From positions 1 to 53,787 of the forward strand of contig JASFYY010000134.1 of the NCBI GenBank assembly GCA_045046875.1: a stretch of 53,787 nucleotides of DNA. Direction: 5' to 3'. Positions 38,451 to 46,516 of the stretch are shown piece by piece. Origin of the DNA: Verrucomicrobiota bacterium. Lineage in GTDB: Bacteria; Verrucomicrobiota; Verrucomicrobiia; Verrucomicrobiales; DEV007. Each line of letters opens with the position of its first letter. Positions within the stretch are counted from its first letter, which is position 1. Made by a program: the position numbers and the translations under genes. The notes beneath the pieces are model-generated. The model searched no databases and was not told the origin of the DNA. It saw nothing but the letters and a program-made list of their open reading frames with translations.

Positions 38451-38682
38451 AATATCAGCCAGCAATAGCAGTTAAAGGTAATGTTCACTCAAAAGCCGAC
38501 TTTGTCACACAAAAAAAGATACGCAATTACGGCATGCAAAAGCGGTATTCTTGTGTATATTATTTACGCCTGCTGTTCTGGTAAGAAATCTATAAGAGAT
38601 CTTATCGGACTCTGTCAATGTGCAGGGAAGGCAGCGGGCTGTAGATTATAAATTTTATTGATACGCTTCCCCTGTAAACCCC

Positions 38683-40149
38683 ATGGATCGTTTCGGACAA
38701 CAACAATTGGTTTTAGCCATCGTAGGCATGATGTCACTGCTGGCTGGAGGCTTTCTTTTTCTGCTGTTTAAAAGCCCGGCGGCGGTGCCGGTTCCCAAAA
38801 GGGTGACGGATTTTGCCGCTGAACGTGCAGCGGGCACTTTGCCGGAAGGTATGGGAGCTGCCAAAGAGGCCAAGGTGGTCGAGAAGGTGGATCTCACGGG
38901 GGTATTCACCAAGTTTGATGGCAAGGCGGGCAAAACCGATACCAACTGGCCCAATTTCCGCGGAGCGGATTACAGCAATATCGTTGATAGCAAAGTGCCG
39001 CTGGCGACCAGTTGGCCAGAGGGCGGTCCGCCTAAACTTTGGGAGATTGATCTGGGCGAGGGTTATGCCGGAGCGGCGGTGTGGGAGGGGCTTTTTTACA
39101 TCAGTGATTACGATGATGAAAAAAAAGGGGACGTCTTGCGTTGTTTTTCTTTTGAGGATGGCAAGGAGGTCTGGAGTCATTTTTATAAAAACCCGATTAA
39201 AGCCAATCACGGTTATTCACGAACAGTGCCGGCGCTCACTGCGGATTACATTGTTTCGATGGGGCCGGCTTGTCATGTGGTGTGTCTGAGTCGCGAAACC
39301 GGAGAGTTCCGTTGGGGGCTTGATTTGAAGGCTGATTACAAAACCACGGTGCCGCTGTGGTACACCGGGCAGTGTCCTTTGATCGACGGCACGACGGCGA
39401 TCATTTCACCAGGCGGCAAGGCGTTGATGATGGGGGTGGATCTTGAAACGGGGGATGTGTTGTGGGAGACGCCCAATCCGAACGGCTGGAAGATGTCACA
39501 TTCATCGATCATGCCGATGACGATGATGGGCAAAAAAATGTATGTTTACATGGCGATCGGCGGGGTGATCGGGGTCTCGGCTGAAGACGGGGATCGTGGC
39601 ACTTTGTTGTGGGAAACCAATAAATGGACCCATTCGGTCACTTCGCCTTCTCCGGTGAAGGTTGATGATAATCGGATTTTCCTCACGGTGGGTTACGGTG
39701 GTGGTAGCATGATGCTGGGTTTGAAAAAAGAGGGGGACAAGTTTGTAGCCGAGCCGATTTATGAATTGGAGAAAACCGTGTTCGCTTGTGAGCAGCAGAC
39801 GCCGATTTTTTCCCAGGAGCATTTGTATGCGATCCTGCCCAAGGATGCGGCGGCGAGTCGTGGTCAATTTGTCTGCATGAATCCGGACGGCAAGGTGGTG
39901 TGGAGCAGTGGCAAAACCAATCGTTTTGGTCTGGGGCCGTTTTTGCTGGCCAACGACCTATTTTATATACTGGATGACCATGGTGAGTTAACAATGATCA
40001 AAAAATCGGTGACGGGATATGAACAACTGGCGCATGCAGAGGTCATAGAACATGGCCATGACGCCTGGGGGCCGATGGTCATGATTGATGGTAAACTAAT
40101 TTTGAGGGACTCGAAGAGGATGATATGCCTCGATGTTTCTAAGCAATAA
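38683..40149 (+). CDS. Membrane-anchored PQQ-like (BamB-type) beta-propeller protein
   Basis: N-terminal TM helix; NWPNFRG, WPEGGPPKLW, repeated TG...W Trp-docking motifs, AWGPM..DGKLILRD. Confidence 0.85.
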   Translation: MDRFGQQQLVLAIVGMMSLLAGGFLFLLFKSPAAVPVPKRVTDFAAERAAGTLPEGMGAAKEAKVVEKVDLTGVFTKFDGKAGKTDTNWPNFRGADYSNIVDSKVPLATSWPEGGPPKLWEIDLGEGYAGAAVWEGLFYISDYDDEKKGDVLRCFSFEDGKEVWSHFYKNPIKANHGYSRTVPALTADYIVSMGPACHVVCLSRETGEFRWGLDLKADYKTTVPLWYTGQCPLIDGTTAIISPGGKALMMGVDLETGDVLWETPNPNGWKMSHSSIMPMTMMGKKMYVYMAIGGVIGVSAEDGDRGTLLWETNKWTHSVTSPSPVKVDDNRIFLTVGYGGGSMMLGLKKEGDKFVAEPIYELEKTVFACEQQTPIFSQEHLYAILPKDAAASRGQFVCMNPDGKVVWSSGKTNRFGLGPFLLANDLFYILDDHGELTMIKKSVTGYEQLAHAEVIEHGHDAWGPMVMIDGKLILRDSKRMICLDVSKQ

Positions 40150-40167
40150 TACGAACATTCAAGAGCG

Positions 40168-40797
40168 ATGGCTGAGTTAGTAAAAGAACCTGAGAAAATC
40201 ACCCGCTTCACCTTTCTGCGGAACGGGATGCGGGCATTCGTAGGATTGACCCTGGGGGTGATCGGCGGCTGGACGGCTTTTGGCGCACGCAAAAAAAATA
40301 CGGTGTGGCAGATCGATCCGATGAAGTGCGTGCAGTGCGAGCACTGTTCGACTTCCTGTGTGGTATCGCCGTCGGCGGTGAAGTGTGTGCAGTCCTATTC
40401 GATCTGTGGGTATTGCCAGTTGTGTTTTGGTTATTTCCAACCGGAAGCTCCCGAGCTGACTTCGGCGGCGGAGAACCAGCTCTGTCCCACAGATGCGATT
40501 GAGCGTGTTTTTGTTGAGGACCCTTATTGGGAATACAATATCCTTGAAGATCGTTGCATCGGTTGTGCCAAGTGCATCCAGCCATGTGAAATGTTCGGCA
40601 ACGCTTCTTTTTATCTGCAAGTGCGGCATGATGTGTGTGTGAACTGTAACAACTGTTCGATCGCGATGCAGTGTCCGTCCGATGCCTGGGTGCGCTTGCC
40701 GGCTGACCAGCCCTACATACTGAAACACAAACAGGACTACCCTTTGGAACCACAGATCGAATTGTCGCTTACGGCCAATTTACCTAAAAGAAAATGA
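40168..40797 (+). CDS. Polyferredoxin, NapG/MauM-like (up to four [4Fe-4S]) with N-terminal anchor
   Basis: 17 Cys, including CVQCEHCSTSC, CGYCQLC, LCP, CIGCAKCIQPC and CVNCNNC..QCP; N-terminal TRFTFLR plus helix. Confidence 0.85.
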   Translation: MAELVKEPEKITRFTFLRNGMRAFVGLTLGVIGGWTAFGARKKNTVWQIDPMKCVQCEHCSTSCVVSPSAVKCVQSYSICGYCQLCFGYFQPEAPELTSAAENQLCPTDAIERVFVEDPYWEYNILEDRCIGCAKCIQPCEMFGNASFYLQVRHDVCVNCNNCSIAMQCPSDAWVRLPADQPYILKHKQDYPLEPQIELSLTANLPKRK

Positions 40798-42233
40798 GGC
40801 CCCTGAGTTTAATTTCCAAGCACCTCGCGGTGCTTTCCATCTTATTTGTGGTATTGGCGGGTGCGCTGGCCGAGCCAGCTGGGGATGTGATGAATTTCCC
40901 GCAACCGGAGTTCACCAGTGGTTATGATTTTCCGCTGACCACGGTTCCGGAGCCGACCAGTGATCTGCGCGAGTGGATCGATGTGGGGGTGCTGTTCATT
41001 GTTTTGAGTTTGGCATCCTGGTTGGCGGTGAAACGTCGTTCACGTCGTGGTTTGTTCTGGGTGATGGTTTTTTCCCTGGGTTACTTTGGGTTTTACAAAC
41101 AAGGCTGTGTGTGTCCGATCGGGTCGATTCAGAATGTGGCGTTGAGTTTGTTTGATACCAACTACGCGGTGCCGATGACGGTGACGATCTTTTTTGTTAT
41201 GCCGCTGGTATTTGCGCTGCTTTTTGGGCGGGTGTTTTGTTCGTCGGTGTGCGCACTCGGGGCGATTCAGGATCTAGTGGTGATCAAACCGATCCAGTTG
41301 CCTAAAAAGCTGACCATGGCGCTGAGCATGATTCCTTATGTGTATCTGGGGATGGCGATTTTGTTTGCGGCGACCAAAACGGGTTTCATTATTTGCCGTT
41401 ACGATCCTTTTATTGGTTTTTTCCGGCTTAATGGCAATGCGCCGTATCTGTATCTCGGTGCGGGCTTTCTGATCGCGGGCATGTTCATCGCCCGTCCCTA
41501 TTGCCGCTTTTTTTGTCCCTACGGCGTGCTGCTTGGTTTCATGTCACGTTTTGCGTGGAAACATCTGACCATCACGCCGTCGAAGTGCATCGACTGTCGT
41601 TTGTGCGAGGTGTCCTGCCCTTTTGATTATATCGAAAAACCCAATACCGGTTTGGCACGCGAAAATCGCCAGACGGGGGTGAAACGACTGGGGCTGCTAT
41701 TTGCGATGATGCCGGTGATGATCATTCTCGGCGGTTGGATTGGGCACCGGATGTCGATTCCTTTGTCGAGTTATAACAATACGGTGTTTTTGGCGGAGCA
41801 GGTATTGGCTGAGAAGATCAATCCGGATCTGGAAGAGACTTTGGAGACTAAAACCTATCGTTCGATGGGAACTTCGGAGAGCGAGTTGATGGTCAACGCG
41901 ATCAAGATTCGTAAATTCATGAACATGGGAGGCTGGATTCTCGGTGGTTTCCTAGGTTTGGTTTTCAGTATCAAATTGATCGGCCTGTCGGTATCGCGTG
42001 AGCAGAAGGACTACGAAGTGATCAAACCGAGTTGTTTCAGTTGTGGCCGATGTTGTTCTTATTGTCCGAGTGATGACATGCACCGGTTGAATTTTATTCC
42101 CGGTAGCCAACCTTATTTAGAGGCGATGTCGTTGCGGGATCCGGTGTATAAACCGCCCGAAGAAGCTGAAGGTGCATCGGAAGGTGAAGAAACATCGGCC
42201 AAAGGCGGGGAGAAAAAACCCGCTGCTGTTTAA
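40794..42233 (+). CDS. NapH/MauN/YccM-like integral membrane 4Fe-4S protein
   Basis: Multiple TM helices; GCVCPIG, GRVFCSSVC, RPYCRFFCPYG, CIDCRLCEVSCP, CFSCGRCCSYCP; ATGA overlap with the upstream gene. Confidence 0.85.
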   Translation: MRPLSLISKHLAVLSILFVVLAGALAEPAGDVMNFPQPEFTSGYDFPLTTVPEPTSDLREWIDVGVLFIVLSLASWLAVKRRSRRGLFWVMVFSLGYFGFYKQGCVCPIGSIQNVALSLFDTNYAVPMTVTIFFVMPLVFALLFGRVFCSSVCALGAIQDLVVIKPIQLPKKLTMALSMIPYVYLGMAILFAATKTGFIICRYDPFIGFFRLNGNAPYLYLGAGFLIAGMFIARPYCRFFCPYGVLLGFMSRFAWKHLTITPSKCIDCRLCEVSCPFDYIEKPNTGLARENRQTGVKRLGLLFAMMPVMIILGGWIGHRMSIPLSSYNNTVFLAEQVLAEKINPDLEETLETKTYRSMGTSESELMVNAIKIRKFMNMGGWILGGFLGLVFSIKLIGLSVSREQKDYEVIKPSCFSCGRCCSYCPSDDMHRLNFIPGSQPYLEAMSLRDPVYKPPEEAEGASEGEETSAKGGEKKPAAV

Positions 42234-42274
42234 GGGCGGGCATTTAAGTGAATTTTATTTGAAATCAAAAAGCG

Positions 42275-44059
42275 ATGAGAGTTGTTGAATATGAAAAAAG
42301 TACCCAGTCCCTGCCGTATCAGCTCATTAAAGGAGCAGCGATGGTTTCGGGGGTGTTTGCCTTGGTGGTCTGCGCTTTGCTGATTGCCAATAACCTCAGC
42401 TTGAAAAAAACCGATCCGATTCACTCTCCCGCTTTACAGCGATTGGTTGAAGAGCTCAAAACCAATCCCAATGACGAAGCTTTGCGGGAGGAAATCCGTG
42501 AACTCGATCAGATCTCGCGACGGGCATTTTTTACCAGTCAGCATTTTAATCGCATGGCGATTTATATGTTGGTGGGTGGGCTGTTGGTGATGGTGGTTGC
42601 TTTCAAATCGCTTGAAGCTTACACCGCACTGCCGCCTTTCCCTGATTCGCAAGACCCCAAGGATGACTTGGTGGAAAAGGCGACCTGGGCCAGAAAGTCG
42701 ATCACGTCGGTGGGTTTGGTATTGGTGGGATTTGCGCTGATGATAGCCCTGCCGTGGGAGAGCACGCTCGATTTGCCGGAAGCGGAGGTGGCAGCGAGCG
42801 GCGAAGATGAAGAGGGTGCGACAACGGCGGGGGCTGCGACCCCTACCTCCAAGGTGGAGACGGTGGTCAAACCTGCCGCTGACGCCAAACCGGTTGCCAG
42901 TGCGGAAGAACGACTGAAGAACTGGCCGGGATTTCTTGGGCCTCGGGCTGGCTTGGCTGATGCCAAGGCTTTGCCCACCACCTGGGATGGAGAAAAAGGG
43001 GAGGGCATTCGTTGGAAAACGGAGATTCCGCTGCCGGGGTTTAATTCGCCGATTATTTGGGAGGATAAAATTTTCCTCTCAGGCGCTGATGAAAAAAATC
43101 GCGAGGTTTATTGTGTCGATCGCGAGAGTGGAAAGATCCTGTGGACAAAAAAAGTGGAGAAGATTCCGGGTTCACCTTCTTTTGAAGATTCTCCTGAAGT
43201 GAACGATGACACAGGGTACGCCGCAGCGACGATGGCGACCGATGGGGTGCGGGTGTTTGCGATTTTCTCGAATGGGGATTTGGTGGCCTTTGATTTTGAA
43301 GGCAGTCAAGTGTGGGCTAAAAACCTGGGAGTGCCTGAGAATGCTTACGGGTATTCTTCTTCGCTGGTAGTGTATGAGAGCTTGTTGTTGATACAATATG
43401 ACCGGGATGAGGACAGTTTTTTCACCGGACTTGATGTGGCGACCGGGCAAAAACGCTGGAGAACACCGCGCGACTTCGGGGCGTCGTGGTCAACGCCGCT
43501 GGTATTTAATTCCGGTGAGCGGGATGAGGTGGTTTTGGTGGCTGACCCGATGGTGGTTTCTTATGATCCTAAGAATGGAAAGGAGTTGTGGCGAGTGGAA
43601 TGCCTGGAGGGTGGCGAAATCGCACCGATGGCAGTTTATATGGACGGCTTGCTCTATGTCGCGGCAGACTACGTCAAGGTGGCGGCGATCGATGTCAAAA
43701 AACACGAAGTGGTGTGGGAGACGTCGGATATGATTCCCGGTATTGCCACGCCTTTGGTAATGGGCGATTATTACATTGGAGGTCTGGGGGACGGCGGTAT
43801 TATTTGTTATAATGCCAAGAGTGGTGAGGAAGTTTGGATGGCGGATACCGATGACGGTTTTTACGCGTCGCCGATTTTGGCGGACGGCAAAGTCTATTTG
43901 GCGGATCGCACCGGGGTGATGCACATTTTTGAACCGGGGGCGGAATACAAAGCCCTCAGCACCCCTGCTTTGGGTGAAGTGATCGTCAGCACGCCTGCGG
44001 CGATGGGCGATACCCTTTATGTGCGCGGGATGAAAAACCTCTACCGGATCGGACCATGA
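42275..44059 (+). CDS. PQQ-like beta-propeller protein with three N-terminal TM helices
   Basis: Three hydrophobic segments, an acidic/Ala linker, then NWPGFLG, GFNSPIIW, YASPILADGKVY, STPA..LYVRG. Confidence 0.85.
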   Translation: MRVVEYEKSTQSLPYQLIKGAAMVSGVFALVVCALLIANNLSLKKTDPIHSPALQRLVEELKTNPNDEALREEIRELDQISRRAFFTSQHFNRMAIYMLVGGLLVMVVAFKSLEAYTALPPFPDSQDPKDDLVEKATWARKSITSVGLVLVGFALMIALPWESTLDLPEAEVAASGEDEEGATTAGAATPTSKVETVVKPAADAKPVASAEERLKNWPGFLGPRAGLADAKALPTTWDGEKGEGIRWKTEIPLPGFNSPIIWEDKIFLSGADEKNREVYCVDRESGKILWTKKVEKIPGSPSFEDSPEVNDDTGYAAATMATDGVRVFAIFSNGDLVAFDFEGSQVWAKNLGVPENAYGYSSSLVVYESLLLIQYDRDEDSFFTGLDVATGQKRWRTPRDFGASWSTPLVFNSGERDEVVLVADPMVVSYDPKNGKELWRVECLEGGEIAPMAVYMDGLLYVAADYVKVAAIDVKKHEVVWETSDMIPGIATPLVMGDYYIGGLGDGGIICYNAKSGEEVWMADTDDGFYASPILADGKVYLADRTGVMHIFEPGAEYKALSTPALGEVIVSTPAAMGDTLYVRGMKNLYRIGP

Positions 44060-46509
44060 GCGAAGAAGCGACTTTGACAGAATCGAAAGAAGCAAAGGCT
44101 CTGGCGGAGGACAAAGACTGCCCGGGAACTTGTGACGACAAGAAAAACCCTGAGATCGACATCTCCGCAGTGGAGGAGATGGTGGGGCGTATTGGCAAGG
44201 AAGCCAAACATTTGATCCCCTTGTTGCAGGCGATTCAAAAGAAGTGGAACTGGTTGCCACCCAAGGCACTGGAGCGCATTGCTGAGATTACCGAGATCAC
44301 GCCTGATTCCATCACCGGAGTATCGACTTTTTATTCCCAGTTCCGCCATCACCCGGTGGGCAAACACATTGTCAAAACTTGCATTGGCACAGCTTGTCAC
44401 GTCAGCGGGGCTTCGGTGTTGGATGAGACCTTCCGCAGTCACTTGAAGGTGGGGAAAGGGGAACACACCAGCCCGGATGATACATTTACGGTTGAAGAGG
44501 TGGCCTGTCTGGGTTGCTGTATGCTGGCACCGGTGGTGCAGGTGGATGATACGATTTACGGGGAAGTTGAGGCTTTTAATATTCCCAACCTGCTTGAGGA
44601 CTTTCTTGCTACCGAGGATGCTAGATCGGGTGGTGGTGATGAAGGTGAGGAAGATCGCAAGAATGTGACCGGCGAAGTGCGCATTTGCATTTGCTCCAGT
44701 TGCACCGCGGGCGGCGCGTTCAAGGTTTATCAAGAGTTGCTGAATGTGGTCAAGACCATGGACCTGCCGGTCAAGATTAAGAAGGTGGGTTGTCGTGGTG
44801 CGTCTTTTGAAACGCCTTTGATTGAGGTTTCGGTTTATAATCAGGGACGGCATCGTTACGGCCTGGTCAAGGTCACTGATGTGCGCGGTTTGTTATTGAA
44901 ACATTTCCAACCCGCCAACTGGTTGCGGCGCACCACCTCGACGATGTTCGGTTTGTTGGAGAATTTGCTCACTGATGAGGATTGGGATCCACCAACCCGC
45001 TTTTCCAAGGATGTGCGGGCCAAAGTGGACATGCGTTTCGAGGGGCCGCAGCAACGTTGCGTCACCGAGCATTCGGGTGTGCTCGATCCTAAGAGCATTG
45101 ATGATTACCTTGCGTATGACGGCTTCAAGGCGATGCAGACTTGTCTCGAAGGAGGCGATCCGGATGGCATCATTCAGGAAATGCTCGACAGTGGATTGCG
45201 TGGACGTGGTGGCGCGGGTTTCCCAACCGGGATGAAGTGGCGTTTCACTCGTATCGAGGAAAACGAAACCAAATACATTATTTGTAACGGCGACGAAGGT
45301 GATCCCGGGGCGTTCATGGATCGCATGATTCTGGAGTCTTTCCCGTTCCGTGTGATTGAAGGCATGGTCATTGCGGCTTATGTGATTGGAGCGGAGCAAG
45401 GAGTGCTTTATATTCGCGCGGAGTATCCGCTGGCGACCGAACGTATTTTGAATGCCATCGCCCAGTGCGAGGAACGAGGTTACCTCGGTGATAATATTCT
45501 CGGCACGGGGATGAAGCTCAAGCTGGAAGTGGTTGAAGGCGCAGGGGCGTTTGTTTGTGGTGAAGAAACCGCTCTGATGTCAGCGATTGAGGGTGGACGC
45601 GGCATGCCAAGATTTCGTCCACCTTTTCCTGCGCAATCTGGATTGTGGGGCAAACCGACGCTGATCAATAATGTTGAAACTTTCGCTTCTATTTCGTGGA
45701 TCATTCGTAATGGCGCGGAGAAGTTTGCTGCGATTGGAACGGAAAAAAGCAAGGGCAGCAAAACTTTTGCCCTGGCGGGCAAAGTGGTTCGTGGAGGCAT
45801 GATCGAAGTGCCGATGGGTATGACCCTGCGGGAGATTGTCGAGGATATTGGTGGCGGCATTCCCAATGGGCGCAAGCTCAAAGCGGTGCTGATGGGTGGT
45901 CCGTCGGGTGGTTGTGTGCCGGAGCATTTGTGCGACACACCGGTGGATTACGAAGAGATCAGCAAAGTGGGAGCGATCATGGGGTCGGGGGGGATGGTGG
46001 TGCTCGATGACACGGATTGCATGGTGGACATTGCCAATTATTTCATGCGTTTTTTGCAGGATGAATCCTGTGGCAAATGCACCCACTGTCGAATCGGCAC
46101 CAAACGCATGGGAGAAATCCTAGAGCGTCTTTGTGCGGGTAAAGGCCGTAAAGGGGATCTGGAAAAACTAGAGACACTGGCCGGCATCACCAAGGAAGGC
46201 AGTCTTTGTGGGCTGGGGGTGACCGCTCCCAATCCGGTTTTATCCTGCATGAAGTATTTCCGCCAGGAGTTCGAGGATCATATTGCCGGCACCTGCACGG
46301 CGAAAAAATGTGTGCCGTTGATTCGTTATGATATCGACGACACCTGTATCGGTTGCACCCGTTGTGCGCAATTTTGCCCGACGGATGCCATTCCGATGAA
46401 CCCTTACCGCCATCATGTGATCCAGGATCCGATGTGCACCCGTTGTGATATTTGCCTACAGGTCTGTCCGGTGGACGCTATTCATATTGTTGATTTGGAG
46501 AAAGTATAA
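44056..46509 (+). CDS. Fused NuoE/HydC + thioredoxin-like Fe-S + NuoF/HydB NAD(H)-binding flavoprotein (BfuBC-like)
   Basis: TFYSQF, CIGTAC..CLGCC (2Fe-2S), GLRGRGGAGFPTG, CNGDEGDPGAFMDR, GEETAL, ESCGKCTHC..SLC, HIAGTCTAKKC, two C-terminal CxxCxxCxxxCP. Confidence 0.92.
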   Translation: MSEEATLTESKEAKALAEDKDCPGTCDDKKNPEIDISAVEEMVGRIGKEAKHLIPLLQAIQKKWNWLPPKALERIAEITEITPDSITGVSTFYSQFRHHPVGKHIVKTCIGTACHVSGASVLDETFRSHLKVGKGEHTSPDDTFTVEEVACLGCCMLAPVVQVDDTIYGEVEAFNIPNLLEDFLATEDARSGGGDEGEEDRKNVTGEVRICICSSCTAGGAFKVYQELLNVVKTMDLPVKIKKVGCRGASFETPLIEVSVYNQGRHRYGLVKVTDVRGLLLKHFQPANWLRRTTSTMFGLLENLLTDEDWDPPTRFSKDVRAKVDMRFEGPQQRCVTEHSGVLDPKSIDDYLAYDGFKAMQTCLEGGDPDGIIQEMLDSGLRGRGGAGFPTGMKWRFTRIEENETKYIICNGDEGDPGAFMDRMILESFPFRVIEGMVIAAYVIGAEQGVLYIRAEYPLATERILNAIAQCEERGYLGDNILGTGMKLKLEVVEGAGAFVCGEETALMSAIEGGRGMPRFRPPFPAQSGLWGKPTLINNVETFASISWIIRNGAEKFAAIGTEKSKGSKTFALAGKVVRGGMIEVPMGMTLREIVEDIGGGIPNGRKLKAVLMGGPSGGCVPEHLCDTPVDYEEISKVGAIMGSGGMVVLDDTDCMVDIANYFMRFLQDESCGKCTHCRIGTKRMGEILERLCAGKGRKGDLEKLETLAGITKEGSLCGLGVTAPNPVLSCMKYFRQEFEDHIAGTCTAKKCVPLIRYDIDDTCIGCTRCAQFCPTDAIPMNPYRHHVIQDPMCTRCDICLQVCPVDAIHIVDLEKV

Positions 46510-46516
46510 AAAAGCG

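Noticed and set aside
40168..42233. Rnf complex or nap/mau operon
   Set aside because: No rnfACDEG, napAB or mauAB genes in the window; only the Fe-S modules are similar.
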